A stretch of DNA of 64,000 nt from the human T2T-CHM13v2.0 reference genome, Homo sapiens: assembly GCF_009914755.1 (NCBI RefSeq), contig NC_060948.1, one strand, 5' to 3'. The notes below the pieces were generated by a model. The model ran no database searches and had not been told where the DNA came from. It was given only the letters and a program-made list of their open reading frames with translations. Numbering within the stretch: the first letter of the stretch is position 1; each line of letters starts with the position of its first letter. The position numbers and the translations under genes were made by a program. Below, piece by piece: positions 10,696-24,870 of the stretch.

Positions 10696-13600
10696 TTCGA
10701 ATCCTTTCTATTGCAGTCCATTCCATTCGAGTCCATTCCAATCCCTTCCATTCCATTCCATTACAGTCCATTCCAATAGATTCCATTCCTTTGCCTTCCA
10801 TTCGAATCCATTCCATTCTAGTCCATTCCATTTGAGTCAATTCCATTCCATTCCATTCTATTCCTTTCCAATCCATTCGATTCCATTCGATTCAATTCCA
10901 TTTGATTCTCTTTCATTCTATTTTATTCCATGCATTTGATTGCATTGCATTCCATTCCGTTTGATTCCAGTCCATTCAAGAAAGTTCCATTCCAGTCTAT
11001 TGCTTTCCAGTCCATTCCATTCCACTCTAGTCTATTCCACTCCATTCCTTTCCATTCCATTCCATACTATTCCATTCCATTCCTTTGCATTCCGTTTCCA
11101 ATCTATTCGAGTCCATTGCATTCCAGTCCAATCCATTCCATTACATTCCTTTTGATTCCCTGCCAGTCGATTGCATGGCATACTAGACCATTCCAAAAGA
11201 GTCCATTCCATTCTATCTCAACACTTTCCATTCCACTCTGTTCGAGTCCATTCCATTCCAGTCCATTTAATTCAAGGGCATTCCATTCCATTCCATTCCA
11301 TTTCATATTATTCCATTCCATTCAATTCCATTCCAGATGATTCCATTCCATTCTATACCATTGCTCTCTGTTCCATTCCATTCCATCTGTCTCCATTCCT
11401 TTCGTTTCGATTCCTTTCCGTTCCATTCCATTACATTTGATCCTATTTTATTAAATTGCATTCTATTCGAGTGATTTCCATTCGAGTCCTTTCCATTCGA
11501 TTCCATTCCATTCTATTCCATTCCTTTGGATTCCATTCCATTCCGTTCCGTTCACATCAATTCCTTGCGATTCCATTACATTCGATTTCTTGCCATTCGA
11601 TTCCATTCCTTTTGACTCCATTTCATTCGATTCCATTCCATTCCATTAATTTCCATTCCATTCGAGACCTTTCCATTGCAGTCTTTTCCCTTCGAGTCCA
11701 TTCCGTTCGATTCCCTTCCATTCGATTCCATTCCATTGGAGTCCGTACCAGTCGAATCCATTCTATTCCAGTCCATTAGTTTCGACTCCATTGCATTCGA
11801 GTGCATTCCGTTCCGTGGCTGTCCATTCCATTCCGTTTGATGCCATTCCATACGATTCCATTCAATTCGAGACCATTCTATTCCTGTCCATTCCTTGTGG
11901 TTCGATTCCATTTCACTCTAGTCCATTCCATTCCATTCAATTCCATTCGACTCTATTCCGTTCCATTCAATTCCATTCCATTCGATTCCATTTTTTTCGA
12001 GAACCTTCCATTACACTCCCTTCCATTCCAGTGCATTCCATTCCAGTCTCGTCAGTTCGATTCCATTCCATTCGTTTCGATTCCTTTCCATTCCAGCCCA
12101 TTCCATTCCATTCCATTCCTTTCCTTTCCGTTTCATTAGATTCCATTGCATTCGATTCCATTCAATTCAATTCCATGCTATTCAATTTGATTCATTTCCA
12201 TTTAATTCCATTCCATTAGATTCCATTCCGTACGATTCCATTCCTTTTGAATCCATTCCATTGGAGTCCATTCACTTCCAGAACATTCCATTCCAGTCGA
12301 ATCCATTCGAGTACATTCCATTAAAGTTCATTACATTCTAATACGTTCCATTCAATTGCATTCCATTCCATTCCATTCGATGCCATTCGATTCCATTCCG
12401 TGCCAAATCATTGCATTCCTTTCCATTCCGTTCCTATCAATTCCATTCCATTCGATTTAGTTCGATTCTATTCACTTCCATTCCATTCGATTCCATTCCA
12501 TTGGAGTCAATTCCTTTCGACACCCAGCCTTTCCAGTCAATGATTTTGGATTCCATTTTTTTGCATTCCATTACATTCTATGTCATTCGATTCCGTTTCA
12601 TTGCATTCCATTCCATACATTTTTATTCCATTCGAGACCGTAGCATTCCACTTTATTCCAGGCCTGTCCATTACACTACATTCCCTTCCATTCCAATGAA
12701 TTCCATTCCATTCCAATCCATTCCTTTCCTTTCGCTTGCATTCCATTCTATTCCCTTCTACTGCATACAATTTCACTCCATTCGTTCCCATTCCATTCAA
12801 TTCCATTCCATTCAATTCCATTCCATTTGTTTCCATTTTCTTCGATTCCATTTCATTATATTCCATGCCATTCGATTCCATTCTATTGGATTGCATTACT
12901 TTCGTGTTCATTCCATTCCAGACCATTCCATTTGACTCCATTCCTTTCCAGCCCTTTCAATTAGAGTCCATTGCTTTCCAGTCCAATTCACTCCAGTCCA
13001 TTACTATCCATTCCATACCATTCCATCCCATTCCATTCCATTCCATTCCATTCCATTCCATTCCATTCCATTGCATTCCATTCCATTCCATTCCATTGCA
13101 CTGCACTCCATTCCATTACATTCTACTCTATCTGAGTCGATTTTATTGCATTACCTTCTATTCCATTGGATTACTTTCCATTCGATTACATTGCATTCAT
13201 GTACATTCCATTCCAGTCAATTACATTCGAGTTCATTACATTACATTCCAGTATATTCCATTGTATTCGATCCCATTCCTTTCAATTCCATTTCATTCGA
13301 CTCCATTATATTCGATTCCATTCCACTCGAATCCATTCCATTAGAGGACATTCCATTCCAATGCATTCCATTCCATTCCATAGCATTCCATTGCATTCGA
13401 TTCCATTCCATTTGATGCCATTCCATTTGATGCCATTCTATGACATTCCATTCCATTCGAGTCCATTCCGTTCCAATTCATTCCATTCCGTTTCATGAAA
13501 TTCGAGTCCTTTCCAGTACATTTCATTCCAATCCCATCCAATCCAATCTACTCCATTCCATTTGATTGGATTCCATTGATTTGATTCCATTCAGTTTGAT

Positions 13601-14238
13601 TCCATTCCGTGAAATTTCGTTCCATTCTATTCCATTGCATTACTTTCCATTCAATTCCATTCCATTTCATTTCAGTCCATTCGCTTCCTTTCCTTTCGAT
13701 TCAATTCCATTTGATTCCACTGCATTCTATGCGATTTCATTCCAATCGATTCAATTCCATTCGATGACATTCCTTTCGTTTCCATTCCATTCGAGTCCAT
13801 TCAATTTGAGCATTCGTGTCCATTCTATTCGAGTCCATTCCATTACCGTCTATTCTATTCCCTTCCATTCCTGTTGATTCAATTTCATTCCCTTCCATTC
13901 GATTCCTTTCCATTCGATTCCATTCCTTTCCATTCCATTCCATTCGTTCCCATTCCATGTGATTTCATTCCATTCCAGTCCATTATATTCGAGTCCACTC
14001 CACTCCATTCTATTACATTCAATTCCTTTTGAGTCCGTTCCATAACACTCCATTCATTTCGATTCCATTTCTTGCCAGTTTTCTTCCATTTTATTCCATT
14101 CCGTTCGATTCCATTCCATTCGATTGCATTCCATTCGAATCCTTTCCATTCCATTTCATTCCATTCCTTTCTATTCCATTCCATTTCATTCGATTTGATT
14201 CCATTCTGTTCTATTCCATTCAATTCTTTTTCATTCCA
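10696..14238 (+). repeat. DYZ1 unit U4 (3543 bp)
   Basis: Anchor at 10696; HaeIII at 12661; 15-bp deletion near 13555 shared with U7 and U11. Confidence 0.92.
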
Positions 14239-17200
14239 TTCGAATCCTTTCTATTGCAGTCCATTCCATTCGAGTCCATTCCAATCCCTTCCATTCCATT
14301 CCATTACAGTCCATTCCAATAGATTCCATTCCTTTGCCTTCCATTCGAATCCATTCCATTCTAGTCCATTCCATTCCATTCCATTCTATTCCTTTCCAAT
14401 TCATTCGATTCCATTCGATTCAATTCCATTTGATTCTCTTTCATTCTATTTTATTCCATGCCATTTGATTGCATTGCATTCCATTCCGTTTGATTCCAGT
14501 CCATTCAAGAAAGTTCCATTCCAGTCCATTGCTTTCCAGTCCATTCCATTCCACTCTAGTCTATTCCACTCCATTCCTTTCCATTCCATTCCATACTATT
14601 CCATTCCATTCCTTTGCATTCCGTTTGCAATCTATTCGAGTCCATTGCATTCCAGTCCAATCCATTCCATTACATTCCTTTTGATTCCCTGCCAGTCGAT
14701 TTCATTGCATACTAGACCATTCCAAACGAGTCCATTCCATTCTATCTCAACAGTTTCCATTCCACTCTGTTCGAGTCCATTCCATTCCAGTCCATTTAAT
14801 TCAAGGGCATTCCATTCCATTCCATTCCATTCCATTTCATATTATTCCATTCCATTCAATTCCATTCCAGATGATTCCATCCCATTCTATACCATTGCTC
14901 TCTGTTCTATTCCATTCCATCTGTCTCCATTCCTTTCGTTTCGATTCCTTTCCATTCCATTCCATTACATTTGATCCTATTTTATTAAATTGCATTCTAT
15001 TCGAGTGATTTCCATTTGAGTCCTTTCCATTCGATTCCATTCCATTCTATTCCATTCCTTTGGATTCCATTCCATTCCGTTCCGTTCACATCAATTCCTT
15101 GCGATTCCATTACATTCGATTTCTTGCCATTCGATTCCATTCCTTTTGACTCCATTTCATTCGATTCCATTCCATTCCATTAATTTCCATTCCATTCGAG
15201 ACCTTTCCATTGCAGTCTTTTCCCTTCGAGTCCATTCCGTTCGATTCCCTTCCATTCGATTCCATTCCATTGGAGTCCGTACCAGTCGAGCCCATTCTAT
15301 TCCAGTCCATTAGTTTCGACTCCATTGCATTCGAGTGAATTCCATTCCGTGGCTGTCCATTCCATTCCGTTTGATGCCATTCCATACGATTCCATTCAAT
15401 TCGAGACCATTCTATTCCTGTCCATTCCTTGTGGTTCGATTCCATTTCACTCTAGTCCATTCCATTCCATTCAATTCCATTCGACTCTATTCCGTTCCAT
15501 TCAATTCCATTCCATTCGATTCCATTTTTTTCGAGAACCTTCCATTACACTCCCTTCCATTCCAGTGCATTCCATTCCAGTCTCTTCAGTTCGATTCCAT
15601 TCCATTCGTTTCGATTCCTTTCCATTCCAGCCCATTCCATTCCATTCCATTCCTTTCCTTTCCGTTTCATTAGATTCCATTACATTCCATTCCATTCAAT
15701 TCAATTCCGTGCTATTCAATTTGATTCATTTCCATTTAATTCCATTCCATTAGATTCCATTCCGTACGATTCCATTCCTTTGGAATCCATTCCATTGGAG
15801 TCCATTCACTTCCAGAACATTCCATTCCAGTCGAATCCATTCGAGTACATTCCATTAAAGTTCATTACATTCTAATACGTTCCATTCCATTGCATTCCAT
15901 TCCATTCCATTCGATGCCATTCGATTCCATTCCGTGCCAAATCATTGCATTCCTTTCCATTCCGTTCCTATCAATTCCATTCCATTCGATTTAGTTCGAT
16001 TCTATTCACTTCCATTCCATTCGATTCCATTCCATTGGAGTCAATTCCTTTCGACACCCAGCCTTTCCAGTCAATGATTTTGGATTCCATTTTTTTGCAT
16101 TCCATTACATTCTATGACATTCGATTCCATTTCATTGCATTCCATTCCATACATTTTTATTCCATTCGAGACCGTAGCATTCCACTTTATTCCAGGCCTG
16201 TCCATTACACTACATTCCCTTCCATTCCAATGAATTCCATTCCATTCCAATCCATTCCTTTCCTTTCGCTTGCATTCCATTCTATTCCCTTCTACTGCAT
16301 ACAATTTCACTCCATTCGTTCCCATTCCATTCAATTCCATTCCATTCAATTCCATTCCATTTGTTTCCATTCTCTTCGATTCCATTTCTTTATATTCCAT
16401 GCCATTCGTTTCCATTCTATTGGATTGCATTACATTCGTGTTCATTCCATTCCAGACCATTCCATTTGACTCCATTCCTTTCGAGCCCTTTCAATTTGAG
16501 TCCATTCCTTTGCAGTCCATTTCATTCCAGTCCATTACTATCCATTCCATACCATTCCATCCCATTCCATTCCATTCCATTCCATTCCATTCCATTCCAT
16601 TCCATTCCATTCCATTGCATTCAATTCCATTCCATTCCATTGCACTGCACTCCATTCCATTACATTCTACTCTATCTTAGTCGGTATTATTGCATTAGAT
16701 TCTATTCCATTGGATTACTTTCCATTCGATTACATTCCATTCATGTACATTCCATTCCAGTCAATTACATTCGAGTTCATTACATTACATTTCTGTATAT
16801 TCCATTCTATTCGATCCCATTCCTTTCAATTCCATTTCATTCGACTCCATTATATTCGATTCCATTCCACTCGAATCCATTCCATTAGAGGACATTCCAT
16901 TCCAATGCATTCCATTCCATTCCATAGCATTCCATTGCATTCGATTCCATTCCATTTGATGCCATTCCATGACATTCCATTCCATTCGAGTCCATTCCGT
17001 TCCAATTCATTCCATTCCGTTTCATGAAATTCGAGTCCTTTCCAGTACAATTCATTCCAATCCCATCCAATCCAATCTACTCCATTCAATTCCTTTCCAT
17101 TCCATTTGATTAGATTCCATTGATTTGATTCCATTCAGTTTGATTCCATTCCGTGAAATTTCGTTCCATTCTATTCCATTGCATTACTTTCCATTCAATT

Positions 17201-17782
17201 CCATTCCATTTCATTTCAGTCCATTCGCTTCCTTTCCTTTCGATTCAATTCCATTTGATTCCACTCCATTCTATGCGATTTCATTCCAATCGATTCAATT
17301 CCATTCGATGACATTCCTTTCGTTTCCATTCCATTCGAGTCCATTCAATTTGAGCATTCGTGTCCATTCTATTCGAGTCCATTCCATTACCGTCTATTCT
17401 ATTCCCTTCCATTCCTGTTGATTCAATTTCATTCCCTTCCATTCGATTCCTTTCCATTCGATTCCATTCCTTTCCATTCCATTCCATTCGTTCCCATTCC
17501 ATGTGATTTCATTCCATTCCAGTCCATTATATTCGAGTCCACTCCACTCCATTCTATTACATTCAATTCCTTTTGAGTCCGTTCCATAACACTCCATTCA
17601 TTTCGATTCCATTTCTTGCCAGTTTTCCTCCATTTTATTCCATTCCGTTGGATTCCATTCCATTCGATTGCATTCCATTCGAATCCTTTCCATTCCATTT
17701 CATTCCATTCCTTTCTATTCCATTCCATTTCATTCGATTTGATTCCATTCTGTTCTATTCCATTCAACTCTTTTTCATTCCA
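14239..17782 (+). repeat. DYZ1 unit U5 (3544 bp)
   Basis: Anchor at 14239; HaeIII at 16195; extra EcoRI at 15337; one TTTGATGCCATTCCA 15-mer missing near 16960. Confidence 0.92.
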
Positions 17783-20700
17783 TTCGAATCCTTTCTATTG
17801 CAGTCCATTCCATTCGAGTCCATTCCAATCCCTTCCATTCCATTCCATTACAGTCCATTCCAATAGATTCCATTCCTTTGCCTTCCATTCGAATCCATTC
17901 CATTCTAGTCCATTCCATTCCATTCCATTCTATTCCTTTCCAATCCATTCGATTCCATTCGATTCAATTCCATTTGATTCTCTTTCATTCTATTTTATTC
18001 CATGCCATTTGATTGCATTGCATTCCATTCCGTTTGATTCCAGTCCATTCAAGAAAGTTCCATTCCAGTCTATTGCTTTCCAGTCCATTCCATTCCACTC
18101 TAGTCTATTCCACTCCATTCCTTTCCATTCCATTCCATACTATTCCATTCCATTCCTTTGCATTCCGTTTCCAATCTATTCGAGTCCATTGCATTCCAGT
18201 CCAATCCATTCCATTACATTCCTGTTGATTCCCTGCCAGTCGATTGCATTGCATACTAGACCATTCCAAACGAGTCCATTCCATTCTATCTCAACACTTT
18301 CCATTCCACTCTGTTCGAGTCCATTCCATTCCAGTCCATTTAATTCAAGGGCATTCCATTCCATTCCATTCCATTCCATTTCATATTATTCCATTCCATT
18401 CAATTCCATTCCAGATGATTCCATTCCATTCTATACCATTGCTCTCTGTTCCATTCCATTCCATCTGTCTCCATTCCTTTCGTTTCGATTCCTTTCCATT
18501 CCATTCCATTACATTTGATCCTATTTTATTAAATTGCATTCTATTCGAGTGATTTCCATTCGAGTCCTTTCCATTCGATTCCATTCCATTCTATTCCATT
18601 CCTTTGGATTCCATTCCATTCCGTTCCGTTCACATCAATTCCTTGCGATTCCATTACATTCGATTTCTTGCCATTCGATTCCATTCCTTTTGACTCCATT
18701 TCATTCGATTCCATTCCATTCCATTAATTTCCATTCCATTCGAGACCTTTCCATTGCAGTCTTTTCCCTTCGAGTCCATTCCGTTCGATTCCCTTCCATT
18801 CGATTCCATTCCATTGGAGTCCATACCAGTCGAGTCCATTCTATTCCAGTCCATTAGTTTCGACTCCATTGCATTCGAGTGCATTCCGTTCCGTGGCTGT
18901 CCATTCCATTCCGTTTGATGCCATTCCATACGATTCCATTCAATTCGAGACCATTCTATTCCTGTCCATTCCTTGTGGTTCGATTCCATTTCACTCTAGT
19001 CCATTCCATTCCATTCAATTCCATTCGACTCTATTCCGTTCCATTCAATTCCATTCCATTCGATTCCATTTTTTTCGAGAACCTTCCATTACACTCCCTT
19101 CCATTCCAGTGCATTCCATTCCAGTCTCTTCAGTTCGATTCCATTCCATTCGTTTCGATTCCTTTCCATTCCAGCCCATTCCATTCCATTCCATTCCTTT
19201 CCTTTCCGTTTCATTAGATTCCATTGCATTCCATTCCATTCAATTCAATTCCGTGCTATTCAATTTGATTCATTTCCATTTAATTCCATTCCATTAGATT
19301 CCATTCCGTACGATTCCATTCCTTTTGAATCCATTCCATTGGAGTCCATTCACTTCCAGAACATTCCATTCCAGTCGAATCCATTCGAGTACATTCCATT
19401 AAAGTTCATTACATTCTAATACATTCCATTCCATTGCATTCCATTCCATTCCATTCGATGCCATTCGATTGCATTCCATGCCAAATCATTGCATTCCTTT
19501 CCATTCCGTTCCTATCAATTCCATTCCATTCGATTTAGTTCGATTCTATTCACTTCCATTCCATTCGATTCCATTCCATTGGAGTCAATTCCTTTCGACA
19601 CCCAGCCTTTCCAGTCAATGATTTTGGATTCCATTTTTTTGCATTCCATTACATTCTATGACATTCGATTCCGTTTCATTGCATTCCATTCCATACATTT
19701 TTATTCCATTCGAGACCGTAGCATTCCACTTTATTCCAGGCCTGTCCATTACACTACATTCCCTTCCATTCCAATGAATTCCATTCCATTCCAATCCATT
19801 CCTTTCCTTTCGCTTGCATTCCATTCTATTCTCTTCTACTGCATACAATTTCACTCCATTCGTTCCCATTCCATTCAATTCCATTCCATTCAATTCCATT
19901 CCATTTGTTTCCATTCTCTTCGATTCCATTTCTTTATATTCCATGCCATTCGAATCCATTCTATTGGATTGCATTACATTCGTGTTCATTCCATTCCAGA
20001 CCATTCCATTTGACTCCATTCCTTTCGAGCCCTTTCAATTTGAGTCCATTCCTTTCCAGTCCATTTCACTCCAGTCCATTACTATCCATTCCACACCATT
20101 CCATCCCATTCCATTCCATTGCATTCCATTCCATTGCATTCCATTCCATTCCATTCCATTGCACTGCACTCCATTCCATTCCATTCTACTCTATCTGAGT
20201 CGATTTTATTGCATTAGATTCTATTCCATTGGATTACTTTCCATTCGATTACATTCCATTCATGTACATTCCATTGCAGTCAATTACATTCGAGTTCATT
20301 ACATTACATTCCAGTATATTCCATTGTATTCGATCCCATTCCTTTCAATTCCATTTCATTCGACTCCATTATATTCGATTCCATTCCACTCGAATCCATT
20401 CCATTAGAGGACATTCCATTCCAATGCATTCCATTCCATTCCATAGCATTCCATTGCATTCGATTCCATTCCATTTGATGCCATTCCATTTGATGCCATT
20501 CCATGACATTCCATTCCATTCGAGTCCGTTCCGTTCCAATTCATTCCATTCCGTTTCATGAAATTCGAGTCCTTTCCAGTACATTTCATTCCAATCCCAT
20601 CCATTCCAATCTACTCCATTCAATTCCTTTCCATTCCATTTGATTTGATTCCATTGATTTGATTCCATTCAGTTTGATTCCATTCCGTGAAATTTCGTTC

Positions 20701-21316
20701 CATTCTATTCCATTACATAACTTTCCATTCAATTCCATTCCATTTCATTTCAGTCCATTCGCTTCCTTTCCTTTCGAATCAATTCCATTTGATTCCACTC
20801 CATTCTATGCGATTTCATTCCAATCGATTCAATTCCATTCGATGACATTCCTTTCGTTTCCATTCCATTCGAGTCCATTCAATTTGAGCATTCGTGTGCA
20901 TTCTATTCGAGTCCATTCCATTACCGTCTATTCTACTCCCTTCCATTCCTGTTGATTCAATTTCATTCCCTTCCATTCGATTCCTTTCCATTCGATTCCA
21001 TTCCTTTCCATTCCATTCCATTCGTTCCCATTCCATGTGATTTCATTCCATTCCAGTCCATTATATTCGAGTCCACTCCACTCCATTCTATTACATTCAA
21101 TTCCTTTTGAGTCCGTTCCATAACACTCCATTCATTTCGATTCCATTTCTTGCCAGTTTTCTTCCATTTTATTCCATTCCGTTCGATTCCATTCCATTCG
21201 ATTGCATTCCATTCGAATCCTTTCCATTCCATTTCATTCCATTCCTTTCTATTCCATTCCATTTCATTCGATTTGATTCCATTCTGTTCTATTCCATTTA
21301 ATTCTTTTTCATTCCA
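17783..21316 (+). repeat. DYZ1 unit U6 (3534 bp)
   Basis: Anchor at 17783; HaeIII at 19739; variant type A. Confidence 0.92.
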
Positions 21317-24300
21317 TTCGAATCCTTTCTATTGCAGTCCATTCCATTCGAGTCCATTCCAATCCCTTCCATTCCATTCCATTACAGTCCATTCCAATAG
21401 ATTCCATTCCTTTGCCTTCCATTCGAATCCATTCCATTCTAGTCCATTCCATTCTAGTCCATTCCATTCCATTCCATTCTATTCCTTTCCAATCCATTCG
21501 ATTCCATTCGATTCAATTCCATTTGATTCTCTTTCATTCTATTTTATTCCATGCCATTTGATTGCATTGCATTCCATTCCGTTTGATTCCAGTCTATTCA
21601 AGAAAGTTCCATTCCAGTCTATTGCTTTCCAGTCCATTCCATTCCTCTCTAGTCTATTCCACTCCATTCCTTTCCATTCCATTCCATACTATTCCATTCC
21701 ATTCCTTTGCATTCCTTTTCCAATCTATTCGAGTCCATTGCATTCCAGTCCAATCCATTCCATTACATTCCTGTTGATTCCCTGCCAGTCGATTGCATTG
21801 CATACTAGACCATTCCAAACGAGTCCATTCCATTCTATCTCAACACTTTCCATTCCACTCTGTTCGAGTCCATTCCATTCCAGTCCATTTAATTCAAGGG
21901 CATTCCATTCCATTCCATTCCATTCCATTTCATGTTATTCCATTCCATTCAATTCCATTCCAGATGATTCCATTCCATTCTATACCATTGCTCTCTGTTC
22001 CATTCCATTCCATCTGTCTCCATTCCTTTCGTTTCGATTCCTTTCCATTCCATTCCATTACATTTGATCCTATTTTATTAAATTGCATTCTATTCGAGTG
22101 ATTTCCATTCGAGTCCTTTCCATTCGATTCCATTCCATTCTATTCCATTCCTTTGGATTCCATTCCATTCCGTTCCGTTCACATCAATTCCTTGCGATTC
22201 CATTACATTCGATTTCTTGCCATTCGATTCCATTCCTTTTGACTCCATTTCATTCGATTCCATTCCATTCCATTAATTTCCATTCCATTCGAGACCTTTC
22301 CATTGCAGTCTTTTCCCTTCGAGTCCATTCCGTTCGATTCCCTTCCATTCGATTCCATTCCATTGGAGTCCGTACCAGTCGAGTCCATTCTATTCCAGTC
22401 CATTAGTTTCGACTCTATTGCATTCGAGTGCATTCCATTCCGTGGCTGTCCATTCCATTCCGTTTGATGCCATTCCATACGATTCCATTCAATTCGAGAC
22501 CATTCTATTCCTGTCCATTCCTTGTGGTTCGATTCCATTTCACTCTAGTCCATTCCATTCTATTCAATTCCATTCGACTCTATTCCGTTCCATTCAATTC
22601 CATTCCATTCGATTCCATTTTTTTCGAGAACCTTCCATTACACTCCCTTCCATTCCAGTGCATTCCATTCCAGTCTCGTGAATTCGATTCCATTCCATTC
22701 GTTTCGATTCCTTTCCATTCCAGCCCATTCCATTCCATTCCATTCCTTTCCTTTCCGTTTCATTAGATTCCATTGCATTCGATTCCATTCAATTCAATTC
22801 CATGCTATTCAATTTGTTTCATTTCCATTTAATTCCATTCCATTAGATTCCATTCCGTACGATTCCATTCCTTTTGAATCCATTCCATTGGAGTCCATTC
22901 ACTTCCAGAACATTCCATTCCAGTCGATTCCATTCGAGTACATTCCATTAAAGTTCATTACATTCTAATACGTTCCATTCCATTGCATTCCATTCCATTC
23001 CATTCGATGCCATTCGATTCCATTCCGTGCCAAATCATTGCATTCCTTTCCATTCCGTTCCTATCAATTCCATTCCATTCGATTTAGTTCGATTCTATTC
23101 ACTTCCATTCCATTCGATTCCATTCCATTGGAGTCAATTCCTTTCGACACCCAGCCTTTCCAGTCAATGATTTTGGATTCCATTTGTTTGCATTCCATTA
23201 CATTCTATGACATTCGATTCCGTTTCATTGCATTCCATTCCATACATTTTTATTCCATTCAAGACCGTAGCATTCCACTTTATTCCAGGCCTGTCCATTA
23301 CACTACATTCCCTTCCATTCCAATGAATTCCATTCCATTCCAATCCATTCCTTTCCTTTCGCTTGCATTCCATTCTATTCTCTTCTACTGCATACAATTT
23401 CACTCCATTCGTTCCCATTCCATTCAATTCCATTCCATTCAATTCCATTCCATTTGTTTCCATTCTCTTCGATTCCATTTCATTATATTCCATGCCATTC
23501 GATTCCATTCTATTGGATTGCATTACTTTCGTGTTCATTCCATTCCAGACCATTCCATTTGACTCCATTCCTTTCCAGCCCTTTCAATTTGAGTCCATTC
23601 CTTTCCAGTCCATTTCACTCCAGTCCATTACTATCCATTCCATACCATTCCATCCCATTCCATTCCATTCCATTCCATTCCATTCCATTCCATTCCATTC
23701 CATTGCATTCCATTCCATTCCATTCCATTGCACTGCACTCCATTCCATAACATTCTACTCTATCTGAGTCGATTTTATTGCATTCGATTCTATTCCATTG
23801 GATTACTTTCCATTCGATTACATTCCATTCATGTATATTCCATTCCAGTCAATTACATTCGAGTTTATTACATTACATTCCAGTATATTCCATTGTATTC
23901 GATCCCATTCCTTTCAATTCCATTTCATTCGACTCCATTATATTCGATTCCATTCCACTCGAATCCATTCCATTAGAGGACATTCCATTCCAATGCATTC
24001 CATTCCATTCCATAGCATTCCATTGCATTCGATTCCATTCCATTTGATGCCATTCCATTTGATGCCATTCTATGACATTCCATTCCATTCGAGTCCATTC
24101 CGTTCCAATTCATTCCATTCCGTTTCATGAAATTCGAGTCCTTTCCAGTACATTTCATTCCAATCCCATCCAATCCAATCTACTCCATTCCATTTGATTT
24201 GATTCCATTGATTTGATTCCATTCAGTTTGATTCCATTCCGTGAAATTTCGTTCCATTCTATTCCATTGCATTACTTTCCATTCAATTCCATTCCATTTC

Positions 24301-24870
24301 ATTTCAGTCCATTCGCTTCCTTTCCTTTCGATTCAATTCCATTTGATTCCACTCCATTCTATGCGATTTCATTCCAATCGATTCAATTCCATTCGATGAC
24401 ATTCCTTTCGTTTCCATTCCATTCGAGTCCATTCAATTTGAGCATTCGTATCCATTCTATTCGAGTCCATTCCATTACCGTCTATTCTATTCCCTTCCAT
24501 TCCTGTTGATTCAATTTCATTCCCTTCCATTCGATTCCTTTCCATTCGATTCCATTCCTTTCCATTCCATTCCATTCGTTCCCATTCCATGTGATTTCAT
24601 TCCATTCCAGTCCATTATATTCGAGTCCACTCCACTCCATTCTATTACATTCAATTCCTTTTGAGTCCGTTCCATAACAATCCATTCATTTCGATTCCAT
24701 TTCTTGCCAGTTTTCTTCCATTTTATTCCATTCCGTTCGATTCCATTCCATTCGATTGCATTCCATTCGAATCCTTTCCATTCCATTTCATTCCATTCCT
24801 TTCTATTCCATTCCATTTCTTTCGATTTGATTCCATTCTGTTCTATTCCATTCAACTCTTTTTCATTCCA
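21317..24870 (+). repeat. DYZ1 unit U7 (3554 bp)
   Basis: Anchor at 21317; HaeIII at 23288; extra EcoRI at 22680; type B. Confidence 0.92.
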